From Octopus vulgaris (Eukaryota), in contig OX597815.1 of NCBI GenBank assembly GCA_951406725.2, forward strand, positions 76,198,001 to 76,262,000: DNA of 64,000 nt. The letters run 5' to 3'. The number at the start of each line of letters is the position of its first letter. Positions within the stretch are counted from its first letter, which is position 1. A program made the translations under genes and the position numbers. Under the pieces are notes generated by a model, which did not search any database, was not told the DNA's origin, and saw only the letters and a program-made list of their open reading frames with translations. Below are positions 36,621 to 52,150 of this stretch, piece by piece.

Positions 36621-38549
36621 TGTTAAAATGAGATGTCAGTGTTATTTTCATTTTTGTGTAATTTAGACAAAAATTAATTCACCACACCCTATATATATCT
36701 ATCTGTGTGTGCCTTTGTGTTTGTTCCTTGCCCCATCACCGCTTGACAACTGGTGTTGGTGTGTTAATGCCCCCATAACTTAGTGGTTTGGCAAAAGAGA
36801 CCAATAGAATAAGTATTGAGGTTGATTTGTTCGACTAAAACCCTTCAAGGCAGTGCTCCAACATGGCCACAGTTAAATGACTGAAACAAGTAAAAGAATA
36901 TAACAAAAGCTAAACCAAGTTTGATGTCTATTTTGTGCATCTGGTGTGCCTTCTACATTATACAATGTAGAACATTCTTGACATTTCTAACACTTATAAT
37001 TAATACCCTTTCATGTATTTCTCAAAGTTTTAAATGATCAATAGAACATAGACTAAATAGATCAAAGTAAGTAGTTGAGACACTCTAATCCTGATACTCA
37101 GTCTTTCCCACCGAGAATGTTAACCTTCGGGAATTCTCTCATTGTTTGTATCTTTCTAGTAGGTGTTGCTTCAATTGCATTGGTCTTGGACAGCCTTTGA
37201 AGGTCACAGGATGAGCACTCGCTATTCTTCTTGAACAAGTGCAGACATGGTTGTGTAGTTAGGAAGCTTACTTTACAACCACATGGTTTTAGGTTCAGTC
37301 TTACTGAATGACATCTTGAGTGTCTTCTATTATAGACCCAGGCCAACCAATGCTTTGTGAGTGAATTTGGTAAACAGAAACTATACAAAAGCCTGTTTAT
37401 ATCTATGTGTGTGTCTTTGTGCTAGTACTCCTCCGCTGCTTCACAATTGATTATTTATATTCTTTGTAACTTTACAGTTTGACAAAAGAATCTTAAAATA
37501 TGTACTGGGGTTTGATTTGTTTGAATAACAATATAAGGCAGTGCTCCAGAATAACTGCAGTCCTCTGCATTGAAACAAGTAAAAGACATGCCAGTACCAT
37601 GTAAAAACGTTTGTGCGGTGCCACATAAAAAAAGTACTCAGCACACTGTCAGGTGGTTGGTATTAGAATGGGCATCCAGCCATAGAAACCATGCTAAATT
37701 CGACTGGAACCTGGTGCAGCTTGCCAGTTCTGGGTGGACTGTCCAATCCATGCCAGCATGGACAATGGACGTTAAATGATGATGATGATGAAACTTACAT
37801 CATTTAAACATCCCTGAGAAAATGCTTTGTAACTGTCAACCCTTCTAGTGTTTCAATTTTTCGTTTGCAAATTTATTGCATATCTGCTCCAGTGTAAAAA
37901 GCTTCCCACTGAAACAGCTTCAACAAGATTAAGACGACAAACAGTAGCAGCAGCAGTAGTAGTAGTAGAAGCAACAACAATAACAACAGCACCTGGTTAT
38001 CAAAGCTTTTGAATGTCCAACTAGTTAACTGTTTTAACAATACCTTGTTTGCCACTGCAAACTCTGTATCTTTATCTCAAATAATGATGATAATGACGAT
38101 GATGACAATGATGATGCTGTTCATATAAATTATGAGGAATATGATGACAATGATGATGCTGATGTGATGCATTCACATTGCCAATGTGTGAGTGAGCACT
38201 GTCTGTGCATTGTTCAGATTTCCTCCTTCAGTATACTTTCTGTTTCCTTTCAGTTTCAATTTCTTGCAAGCTTACCATGTTTCTCATTGTTATTATTCAA
38301 ACACAAAAGGCTTTTCAGAGCAAACTCTTTATATTCACTATCGGAAACTTGCTAATCAAGCAGCACATTTCAGTCTGACTATGAAACTTAAACTAGTTTC
38401 AAGGAACTGGTTGACATAAAAATGACAAAATAATAATAAAAACAAACAAACAAAAAGCAACAAAAATTCTAATATCTTTAAGGTAGGTTTCATTTGTAAA
38501 TTTCACATAAATTTTGAAACAAAAGAAGTCCATATGAGTAAAAACAAAA

Positions 38550-38714
38550 ATGTAGTTAAGAAACCTGCTTTGCAGCCAAATGGTTTTGGGTTCACTCCCA
38601 TTGTGAGACATCTTGAGTAAGTGATTTCTATCATAGCCCCCCCCCCCCGCCACATCCTAACTGACCAATGCCTTGTGAATGGATTTAGTAGATGGAAACT
38701 GTGTGAAAGTCCAT
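38550..38714 (+). mobile_element. 5' half of a tRNA-derived SINE whose internal microsatellite hosts nested insertions
   Basis: Family head through GGAAACTGTGTGAAAGTCCATC, then (TA/TG)n. A matching family tail appears after the gap at 45994-46070. Confidence 0.65.
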
Positions 38715-38764
38715 CATATATATATATATATATATATGTATATACATGTATATATGTATGTATG

Positions 38765-38797
<33 letters not shown>

Positions 38798-38798
38798 G

Positions 38799-38831
<33 letters not shown>

Positions 38832-38862
38832 GTATATATATATGTATATATGTATATATATA
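38715..38862. repeat. (TA)n microsatellite with TATG variants
   Basis: Direct inspection; interruptions are G on the + strand. Confidence 0.95.
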
Positions 38863-39271
38863 TTTGAGTAGTTGAATGAATTATCTTATTAAGGATAATT
38901 CGAATTAACCGATATCTGGGTAGCAAATTCACATCAGAAAAAACACAGTTGAAGTTACGTGCCTAGGTCATAGATTACGTGCTTTCGTGTGGAAATTTCT
39001 ATGTTTATTTTAAAAATATATGAAAGAATGGAGCTGAACGACGAATTAACAAAATTCCTTTATTTTCGACATATGTTTCGAAGGCTGCATATTCCTAATT
39101 GCGAAGGAATAAGGAGTACATTATGCCGCTTTCTCATCAGGAAAAGCAAGGAACTTACGTCAACATCAAAATGCTTCGCAATTAGGAATATGCAGCCTTC
39201 GAAACATATGTCGAAAATAAAGGAATTTTGTTAATTCGTCGTTCAGCTCCATTCTTTCATATATTTTGATG

Positions 39272-39272
<1 letters not shown>
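38863..39272 (-). mobile_element. Penelope pLTR-like element with 94-bp perfect inverted duplication
   Basis: Arms 39013-39106 and 39174-39267 are exact reverse complements with a 67-bp spacer. It contains a hammerhead followed immediately by AATAAA and is embedded in (TA)n. Confidence 0.75.
39063..39145 (-). ncRNA. Minimal type I hammerhead ribozyme, fully canonical core
   Basis: Minus strand TTTTC-CTGATGA-GAAAGCGGCATA...TATGCAGCCTTC-GAAA-CATATG-TC-GAAAA. Stem I is 5 bp, G10.1-C11.1 is present, stem III is the palindrome ACATATGT, and the triplet is GUC (cut between 39068 and 39067). Confidence 0.88.
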
Positions 39273-40650
<1,378 letters not shown>

Positions 40651-43600
40651 TAACTTAGAATAACTTAGAAAGGTTTTTGGCCAGTATTGGCCCAGGCCAT
40701 GTCTAACTTAATAGCACCACCTGGCGAAGTCTTTCAGTTCAGGATTTGGGCACCAAGGCCCATTCGAGCAGAGAGTTATTGTTTGCGGAGACATATCCGG
40801 GTGTGGATGGTTTGTCCGGTACTGTTTGAAGGAATTTGTCCAAAGACTTCTTGAATTTTGTGTGGTCAGTTTCTTTTTTGACGTGTCCTGGTGTAATGTT
40901 GAAGAGAGCGGGTCCAATTGAGGTGAAATAGTTGTGCCGTATTGTCGTTATGTGATGCGATTTAGATTTTTGTTGTGGACGGATGGCACGTGGTCCAAGC
41001 CTTGGATGCATTTTGAAGGTGATGCCAACATCATTCGGACAGTGCTGATGGAATATTTTCCACATCATACAGATAATGTAGCGTTCACGGCGTCGTTGGA
41101 GTGAATACAATTTCAGCTTCTCTAGTCTACCCCAGTAGTCAAGGTCTGACATGCCATCTATCTTTTTTGTGATTGACCTTTGGGGAGCTTCAATTCTCAT
41201 AATATTTTGTTTTGTGTAGGGAGACCACAGTGGACAGCAGTATTCAAGGTGGGGTCGGGCAAAAGTGGAGAAGAGAAGGATAATAGCGTGGGAATCTCTC
41301 GACTGGAAGGTTCTGAGAATCCAGGAACACATTCTGCGGGCCATGTCAACTTTGCTGCTTATATGTGTAGCCCAGCTTATGTTGTTGTCCACTGTTACTC
41401 CCAGGTCTCTGATGTTGTTGGATGCCATGAGAATTTCTCCAGAAGGAAGAGAGTATGGGAGTTTCAGAGCGTCCTCCCTTCCAAAGTGGATCAGTTCGAA
41501 TTTGTCTTCATTTAGCAACATGTTATTCTTTTCCGCCCATTGGACAACAGCTAGTAGGTCTGACTGAAGGTTTATTCGGTCATCCACGCCATTGATGACC
41601 TTCTGGAGCTTGGAATCATCAGCGAAGGTTCTGATGTTGCTGTGTTTGATGGTGTCAGTAATATCATTTATGTAGATGATGAAGAGAAGTGGGCCCAACA
41701 CAGTGCCTTGTGGGACACCACTGCTGACTTTGGCTGGGCTGGATTTGACTCCTTCGACTACAACATGTTGGGTTCTGTTAGAGAGGAAGCACTTGATCCA
41801 TTGCAGCAGCTTTCCAGTGACACCAATATTGGACAGCTTTCTCAGAAGGATCTTATGATCAACCCTGTCAAAGGCCTTGCTGAAATCAAGGTAGATGACA
41901 TCAGTGTTGGAACCCTCTCCCAAGGCTCTCAAAATGTCATCAAAATGATGCAGTAGCTGCGTCAGGCAATCTCTCCCATTACGGAATCCATGCTGGTTGG
42001 GGTTCAGCATATTATGACTCTCAAGGAAGTGAGTCATACGCGATCTCAGCACCCTCTCAAATACCTTGATGATATGAGAGGTGAGTGAGATTGGACGGTA
42101 ATTCACGGCAAGCGATTTGTTTCCTTTTTTGAAAACTGGGACAACAGACTGGGATAGAAGGTCTTCTGGTATATATCCAGCATCCAATGAGTTCCGCCAC
42201 AGATTGGCTAGAGGGGGTGCAAGTTGGTTTTGACACATCTTCAAGACACAAGCAGGGAACCTATCGGGACCTACTGCTGAATTATGCTTCATTTCCTTTA
42301 TTGCTGCTAAGACATCAGGAGCGCCAAATGTTATGTCCGATAAAGTGTATTGGGGAGTAACATCACTGATACAGCCCAGATCAGTCATATCAGGATTGCT
42401 GAAAACAGAGCAATATTGTTTCTGCAATATTTCTCCCATGGTTTTGGCATTGTCTTGAAGAATACCATTTTCATCAATCAGAGGGCCAACAGTAGAACCA
42501 GTGACTCTGTGTTTTTTTGCAAATGAAAAGAACACTTTGGGATTGAGTTTGATCTTCTCAATGGCCCAGGCCTCTTCAGCTCTTCGCTGACTATTGATGA
42601 TAGACATCATGTTGTTTTGGAGTTTATGTTTTTTAATCTCTAGCGACGAGATGGCAGTCAGGTTGGTGTGTTGCTGTTGACAGTATTTCAGCATGTTGAT
42701 CTTTTTGTTGATTCTTTTAATTTTCCTTATGAGAGATTTTCTATTTCTAGGGATTCGACACTTAGATTTGTTTGCAGATCTTAATGGGGTGTGTCTTGCA
42801 CATATGTTCGTGATGGTGTCTACAAGTGACTGCCAGGACTTTTTGATGTTAGTGGGTGTGTATGTGTGCGTGAAGGACCAATCGACTTGTGCAAGATCAT
42901 TATTGATCGCTTCCCAGTTTGCATTGTGGAAATCCATAGTGTCAAATGGATGAACAGGAGGGATGACATTTGTTTTGCATTTTGGCCAGTGAAATCTCAG
43001 ATCACAGAGAACCATGTCATGGTCGGAGAGTAGGGTTTTCTCCACTGCAATATTGTGGATAGTATCAGTGTGATTGCTGAAAATTAAGTCTAAGACGTTT
43101 TTGTGACATCTCGTTGGTTCGAGTACCAGTTGGGACAAGAAGAAGTCATCCATGAAGTCAAGAAGCGATTCCACTGCCTCCCTGTCAGGGGTTGAGAGAG
43201 AAGAACCTGGCGGCAGACTGTTTGTAGACCAGTCAACCCCGGGAAGGTTGAAATCTCCCATCATTAAAATGTTGTCAGGTTGACACTGCTGAATGAAACA
43301 CTTTATGCTGTTGAGGCATTCCTTGAAGCATGGTAGGGGCGTTTGGGGTGGTCTGTAGAGCCCAACTACTGTTAAGTTGTTGGTTTGACTGAATACAGCG
43401 ACTGCTTCGCAGTATCCATTCGAAAATATGTTCATGGCTTCTGTTGAGAATGAATCATGGACATAAATGGCAGTCCCACCCTTTCTTCTGCCAACACGAT
43501 CAGCACGAATGGTTTTGAAATTTTTAACTTTCACCTCGGCTTCCAAGTGGAGGTCACTAAGATGGGTTTCAGTGAGGACGAAGAAAGGGATGTGGTTTGG

Positions 43601-43920
43601 ATGGGCCTCGACCCAGTCCTCCAGGAATCTTATCTTCCATTTTTGTGTATTGGTGGAAGGGCTGATGCCTTGGGCATTAAGCAGAAATGTTGAGGCGAGA
43701 GTGGATGGTTTTAATTGTTTTGGTGATTTGTTTATTTGATTGCTTTTTAATGGCATGTGTAGTGGGGTAATAGTGGTGGATGGCGGTGGGTGATAGCTCG
43801 GATGTTTTTTTCCAGTTCTTTTGCTAGATTCATTATAGCTAAAAAAGAGGAAGAAGAGGTGGTTTCCTGTCTAGGGAACCGCAGGTGACTGTGATATTTT
43901 TATGTGAGTGGTTATCTTTA
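40651..43920 (-). mobile_element. CR1-group non-LTR retrotransposon (LINE), about 3.27 kb, inserted in (TA)n
   Basis: Intact ORF, short 3'UTR with the hairpin GGCCA-ATAC-TGGCC (40679-40692), and a tandem tail (TTCTAAGTTA)x2 at 40651-40670. Both ends join (TA)n directly. Confidence 0.9.
40739..43756 (-). CDS. LINE ORF2 polyprotein: APE endonuclease + reverse transcriptase (1005 aa, intact)
   Basis: APE motifs NAQG, LTETHL, LYRPP, GDFN, LDLIF and SDH. RT motifs YRPISLTS, QHGFR, YLDFSKAFD, GVPQGTVLGPLLF and FADD. CR1-like C-terminus LEYCCPLWSP...LQRRRER with no CCHC knuckle. Confidence 0.95.
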   Translation of the reverse strand: MPLKSNQINKSPKQLKPSTLASTFLLNAQGISPSTNTQKWKIRFLEDWVEAHPNHIPFFVLTETHLSDLHLEAEVKVKNFKTIRADRVGRRKGGTAIYVHDSFSTEAMNIFSNGYCEAVAVFSQTNNLTVVGLYRPPQTPLPCFKECLNSIKCFIQQCQPDNILMMGDFNLPGVDWSTNSLPPGSSLSTPDREAVESLLDFMDDFFLSQLVLEPTRCHKNVLDLIFSNHTDTIHNIAVEKTLLSDHDMVLCDLRFHWPKCKTNVIPPVHPFDTMDFHNANWEAINNDLAQVDWSFTHTYTPTNIKKSWQSLVDTITNICARHTPLRSANKSKCRIPRNRKSLIRKIKRINKKINMLKYCQQQHTNLTAISSLEIKKHKLQNNMMSIINSQRRAEEAWAIEKIKLNPKVFFSFAKKHRVTGSTVGPLIDENGILQDNAKTMGEILQKQYCSVFSNPDMTDLGCISDVTPQYTLSDITFGAPDVLAAIKEMKHNSAVGPDRFPACVLKMCQNQLAPPLANLWRNSLDAGYIPEDLLSQSVVPVFKKGNKSLAVNYRPISLTSHIIKVFERVLRSRMTHFLESHNMLNPNQHGFRNGRDCLTQLLHHFDDILRALGEGSNTDVIYLDFSKAFDRVDHKILLRKLSNIGVTGKLLQWIKCFLSNRTQHVVVEGVKSSPAKVSSGVPQGTVLGPLLFIIYINDITDTIKHSNIRTFADDSKLQKVINGVDDRINLQSDLLAVVQWAEKNNMLLNEDKFELIHFGREDALKLPYSLPSGEILMASNNIRDLGVTVDNNISWATHISSKVDMARRMCSWILRTFQSRDSHAIILLFSTFARPHLEYCCPLWSPYTKQNIMRIEAPQRSITKKIDGMSDLDYWGRLEKLKLYSLQRRRERYIICMMWKIFHQHCPNDVGITFKMHPRLGPRAIRPQQKSKSHHITTIRHNYFTSIGPALFNITPGHVKKETDHTKFKKSLDKFLQTVPDKPSTPGYVSANNNSLLEWALVPKS

Positions 43921-43921
43921 A

Positions 43922-45893
<1,972 letters not shown>

Positions 45894-45993
45894 NNNNNNN
45901 NNNNNNNNNNNNNNNNNNNNNNNNNNNNNNNNNNNNNNNNNNNNNNNNNNNNNNNNNNNNNNNNNNNNNNNNNNNNNNNNNNNNNNNNNNNNN
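45894..45993. other. Assembly gap (100 N)
   Basis: Run of N. Confidence 1.
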
Positions 45994-46811
45994 TGATTAG
46001 CTTCATTAAACTCCTTAAGACGGTGCTCCAATACAGGCACAGTCCAATGACTGGAGCAAGTAAAAGATATGAGATATGTATCAAGTTTCATCATCATGAT
46101 CATCATCATTTAACATCCACTTTTCCATGTTTGCAAGGCTTGGATAGAATTTGTTGAGGTGGATTTTCTACAGCTGGATGTCTTTCCTGTTGCCAACCCT
46201 CACCTGTTTCTAAGCATGATACTTCCCCATTGCCAGGCATGCTTTTTATGGAAGACTTGAAATGAACAACATTGCTTGTATGAGGGTGATGCTCATTTAC
46301 AATCAAGACAAACAATATCTCTTCTCAACAACTTCTACGACTGTCTTCACAAAGTGCCTGCACACACATTGACGGTGCACATGCGCCTTTATGTGGTGCT
46401 TGCAAGCAGTTAAAACAATACGCAAAAGTATAGCACATAATAGCTATCAGGTCATAATCATTTGTGAGTAAAAGCTATGAGATTTTATATCTGTAGAAGC
46501 AGGTATTAACGGATCATACAATGACTATAAATGATATGAATGAAGGAAGCACAGTGGTCTGTATGACTTGCTGCCAAGAGTTAGTAAGCTTTTTAGATAG
46601 AGAATTTCAGTCTGGACAATTTTAGTAATCTTTATTTGTTTCTTGATGATTATACTAACTGAATTTGGTCAGCTAAGATTCAGAAATTTTTATACAAATA
46701 ATTTTGATTCTAAAAGTTTTTTTTTCTTTCTGCTGTAGCAACTCTATAGTACTGAATTGTTTTCAATAAATCCTTCTGACTTTGATCAAGCTACTGCTAT
46801 AGGATTATAAA

Positions 46812-47031
46812 CCCTTTTGATACCAACCCAGCTGAAACCACTTCTGGCTCTATAGTACAAATGTTTTGTTTTCAAAAGTTCTGAATGAAAATCTTCCACC
46901 AAACCTTTGTCACAATTTATGTTCCTAACATGAGCTTAATGATAACTAAGTTATTTTACTAAATTCTCTGTTATATTTAAAATTAATTGAAAGAAACAGA
47001 GCATCTCCACAGAAATACAGTAACAAAAGGG
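46812..47031. mobile_element. piggyBac-like MITE (220 bp)
   Basis: TIRs CCCTTTTGATAC / GTAACAAAAGGG with right flank TTAA and left flank TAAA. Decayed relatives near 2790-2970, 9880-10050, 24930-25150 and 26250-26430. Confidence 0.65.
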
Positions 47032-47739
47032 TTAATCTGTTATGATTCTTGCTTTTCTTTTTTACCTAGATAACCAAGTGCTAACCACTCAGTTGTGAGA
47101 TGAAAGTGATTGCAATTTTCTGTTAACAAAGCAATGTATTTTGTAATAGACATTTGAAAATAGTGTTGTGAGTAAACAAACATTTAGATCACATCAAATA
47201 TATCTGGAATATATTTGATTTGTAAAATGACTGTATTCACTGTTTGCTACTGAAAAAATTCTGGCCTTCAGCAGTAAGTATTAAAAATACCAACAGCTAG
47301 ATGGAACAGTGAAGTCATTTCTATCTATATGCTTAGTATATTATTTTGTTCTAACCTAGGTTGGCATTGTAAACATATTTGACCTAGTGAAATGTTTGTT
47401 TAAAGTAATAATATTGCCTTGGGATCCTACACAATAGTTATAGTGGAGTTTGAACACTTGACTATGTAGTTAGTAGTCAAGCAGCTTATATGCACAGCCA
47501 TTCAATGGGCTTCTAAAACTATTTTTTAAATCACATCCGAAACTATCTGCTTTTATACTTTATGACACATACTAGCTGGACAGACATAAGAATAAAAATA
47601 AAGAAAGGCTGTTATTCTTTAGATAGAGCTACAAAAAGAGTTGTAATGAAACAAAGTATGCTAGTGTTGAGGCAAGGGTGAATAAATAACAAATAATTCA
47701 AGTAGTTAAACTAGCCATTCAACTTTGTATATTTACATA

Positions 47740-48112
47740 TTCTTTTATTTCTGTCAGTCATTTGACTGCAGCCATGCTAGAACACTGCCTTTAGTCGAAC
47801 ACATCAACCCCAGGACTTATTCTTTGTAAGCCTAGTACTTATTCTATCAGTCTCTTTTGTTGAACTGCTAAGTTACAGGTACATAAACACACCAACTTCG
47901 GTTGTCAAGCAATGGTAGTGGTGGTAGTGGGGAACAAACACAGACACACAAACATATATAACAGGCTTCTTTCAGTTTCTGTCTACCAAATCCACTCACA
48001 AGGCTTTGGTCATCCTGAGGCTATAGAAGAAGACACTTGCCCAAGATGCCACACAGTGGGATTGAACTCAGAACCATATGGTTGGTAAGCAAGCTACTTA
48101 CCACACAGCCAC
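47740..48112 (-). mobile_element. tRNA-derived SINE (full length)
   Basis: Reverse complement of the 32313-32690 family. Confidence 0.85.
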
Positions 48113-49039
48113 TCTACATTCATACACTCATGGGAGCAGAATTAAAATCATGTATTGATAAAGCTATACGTTTATATATATACGTGCTCTGTAACATGTT
48201 TACATGTATTTATAGAATAATAGATGTAGACCTTGAATATGTATGATTGCATACAAGCATGTATTAGCATATGAATAAAGGTGTAGGCTTACAAACACAT
48301 TTAAATGTATTTATGTAAAGGTACACATAAAGATCTAGATGCAGTCTTTTTCTATACAACCCTGGTAAATTGGTAAAGTTGTCAGTGGGTTTGTTTCATC
48401 TCTCTGTGCTAGTTTAAACACTGCTGTGTCAACTTCGCCTTTCACCCTTTCAGGGTCAAAAACAAAAGGTCATGGGGTGTCAGAACTGCATGAATGTTGT
48501 ACTTAATGCATTGTGATATTTGTTTCAGTACTTTATATTTGGAGTTCAAATCCCACCATGGCCGACTTGATGGCAGACTCAACCCACCACCTACTTTAAA
48601 CATTACCATCTAGCACCTTGAGTCCCTTTAGAAACCACTTAGTTGCAAGCATTCAGACCAGATCTCTGGTTTGTAGACACCTTCCCTCCTCCCAGAATCC
48701 CAGTAAATAACCATTGGCACTGACTAAATAAAAATTAAAAAAAAAAGAAGAAAAATACAAATAAATAAATTTTTAAAAATCACCTCCATGAACCACTGAA
48801 TCCATTCATATACAAACCATGCAGGAATAATATGCAACATTGCCCCCAAATCACTGTTAATGCAAAAAATACATCATTTTACTGAGGCAGATTTTCTATG
48901 ACGGGAACCCCTTTCCTGTCACCAAGCTGAGCTGATTTTGAATTATGGTAATTTTTTTCATGTGACTAGCAGTGTTTGTCATGGAAGACTAGAAACAACA
49001 GCACTTCTATGACAGTGATGTTCATTTAACAAAGGTACA

Positions 49040-49084
49040 CACACACATATATATGCTCACATACATATATATACACAAACATAC

Positions 49085-49115
<31 letters not shown>

Positions 49116-49431
49116 CAAACATACATACATATATATATATACAAACATACATACATATATATATATATATACAAACATACATACATATATATATATATAT
49201 ACATACATACATACATATATATATACACAAACATACATTTATATATATACACACAAACATACATATATACACACATATATATACACACATATATACACAC
49301 ACACACACATACACACACACGTAAACACACACACACACACAAACGTATACACACACACACATATATATACACACACACACATAAACATACATATGCAGAA
49401 ACATATACAAACATACATACATATATACATA
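49040..49431. repeat. Compound (TACA)/(CA)/(TA) microsatellite inside a minus-strand SINE
   Basis: Direct inspection; a SINE head follows at 49432-49590. Confidence 0.85.
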
Positions 49432-50439
49432 CGACAGGCTTCTTTCAGTTTCCGCCTATCAGATCCCCTTACAAGGCTTTGGTTGGCCCTAGGCTGTAGT
49501 AGCAGGCACTTGCCCAAGCTGGCATGCAGTGAGACTGAACCCAGAACCATGTGGTTGGGAAGAATGCTTTTTACCACACAGCCACGCCTGAGCCTAAAAA
49601 GTCATAGACCTGCAGAAGGATTCAAACTCATAACCCTCATAATACTTTGACGGTTGACTTATAAAAGACTGATGCTCTACCAACTGAGCTATATACATAT
49701 ATATGTGTGTATATTTGTAAATGCATATACATGTGTGTGTACACAAGAATACACATACACACATTGGGTTTCTTCTAGTTTCCACCTACTAAATTTACTC
49801 ACAAGGCTTTGGTCAGCCTGAGGCCACAGGAGACACTTGCCCAAGGTGTAACAAAGTAGGACTGAACCAGTGGCCACATGGTTGGGAAGTCAGCTCCTTA
49901 ACCACACAGCCATACAAGCATGCATAACACACATAACAAATCATGAGTCATCGAAACTGCAACAGATCAATTGAATTCACATTTGGTGTCTCCCTGAGAC
50001 TTAAAAATTAAATTAGCAAGTCAATATATAAAACATCAATGTAACTAAACACTATACAGCAGTGTTCTCAAACTATTTTTAATTATGACCTCTTTTCCAT
50101 AAAACTTTTTCAATGTCTCCTTGCTACAACTCAAATCCTTCCCACTCATTTTTAATCTACATTGATGTAATATCCGGCCAGAATAATTTAATTCCAGGTA
50201 CTAATTTGATACAGGTGATTACTTACAACAACGCCACACTACTATAAACATAGCTGGTATATATTTGGCTTTTCTTATTTACTTATTCACATTTTGAAGT
50301 TATTTTTGTTGATGCTGTGGTTATAGTTATAGCTGTTATGATTGTAGCTAACAAGTAGTTTACCATATTACATTTTAAATTTATATTTTGAAAGTTAATA
50401 TTTAAATGTGTGTCAAAAACTAAAAAAGAAAGAAAAAAC

Positions 50440-52150
50440 TGTACAACTGAATTGTTAGAGCTTTGGACAAAATATCTTGAGGTATTTGTTCTGAGTTCAA
50501 ATCTTGCTGGAGTCATATTTGTATTTTATCTTTTCAAGAGGAAAAAAATAAAGTACCAGTCAAGTACTGGGGTCAATGTAGACTAACCCACCTCCTCACA
50601 AATTTCCTGTACAGTCTCCTGGTCTTCTGTACAAATATAAAATTGTTCACCATCTCCACTGGATGATATTGCTCATTTTGAGAAGTATAGTTATCTAATA
50701 ACATGAAACAACAAACTGCACTTTGCATGATCATAAGCAAGCACATTAAACTATAAGGCTTACTTTTCTGAACTTTGACTTTATTCACAAAGACATATAA
50801 TACAGTAGACCACTCTGAACTAAGTCAATTTACCTCAACTATAGAGTTAACATATTAATATATAATTAATAGTCAATATCTTTACAGCTAAAAACCCCAT
50901 ACTGCAAATATAAAACACTAATTCTATAAAACCTGATTCTAACAAAGCAAAATCAATAAATATATAAAATTAAGCAACAATTGAAACAGAGAAAACAATA
51001 AATTAAGTGAACTTCTAGCCTGACCAGATGCTGCCAGTGTATAATTTATATAGATTAACTCATATCATTGATTAGTAAGTGGATCCTGTTGGGCTTATCA
51101 TGTTAATATAAATTAGCTAAATAATTTTTTTTTACATACACATAAAACTTGACATTATTACTATTTACTCAGAAGAAAGATAAGTGGATTGGCTGAATTG
51201 GAAAAAAATGTCTTGTGGTGTTTATTCTGCGTTCAAATCTTGCAGAGGTCAAATTTTCTTTCAGCTTTTCAAGAGGAATAAAATAAAGTACCAGTCAAAT
51301 ACCGAGGTTGGCGTAATTAATTAACCTAACTTCCCACAAATTTCAAGCTTTGCATTTATATTTGAAGTAATTGTGGAAGTACTGGATTGGTAGAATCATT
51401 AGAACATAAAGCACATACTTTGTGGTATTTAGTCCAGCTCCTTATGTTCTGAGTTTAAATCATCAAGGTCATTTTTGTATTTCATCATTTCAGGGTTGAT
51501 AAAATAAAGTACCAGTTAAGTACTAAGATTGAAATAATTAACTAATTTCTCTGCCACAAATTTCAAATGTTAGAAACAATTACAGGGATTGGTAGAATCC
51601 TTAAAACTGTCTTTCATGCTTTTCATCATCATCAATCTCTGGACATTACTGTCTTAAGTTATAGGACTCCGAGAGCCAGTTACCCAGTTTTTATGGCGAG
51701 TAAGAGACCGCTATCACATTTCCTTTGAACAAGATGTTAGTCATCACAGGGCTTCTCATCTTAAGGTGAGTGAATTGGAACAATGTGAAATGAAGTGTTT
51801 TGCTCAAGAACACATGCTGTCTGGTCCAGGAATCAAAACTGTGCTCTTATGATTCTAAGTGCAACAACCTAACCAATAGGCCATTTGAGATTGATAAAAT
51901 GAAATACCAGTCAAGTACTGGAATTGATGGTATCGACTAGCCCTCTCTGCTCAAATTTCAAGCCTCATGCCCTGCTAGAAACAATTATCTACTCTGAGAT
52001 GGTCAGAAGATTAATAGAATTGGTAGAGAAGGAGACAAATGCTATTTTGATATTTAGTTATGTTTCTTTATATTGTGAGTTCAAACTCCATCTCTATTGC
52101 CTTTGCTTTTCAGCATTCTAGGGTCGATAGAATAACTATAAGGCAAGTAT
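50440..52150 (+). mobile_element. Cluster of degenerate SINEs of a second family (core ...GATAAAATAAAGTACCAGTCAAGTACTGGGGTC)
   Basis: Core repeated near 50545, 51280, 51500, 51895 and 52125, each with a preceding TTCTGAGTTCAAATC B-box-like motif in most copies. Also seen at 24500 and 58480. Confidence 0.6.

Noticed and set aside
41180-43739. Several plus-strand ORFs of 60-111 aa inside the LINE
   Set aside because: Antisense shadows of the RT ORF.
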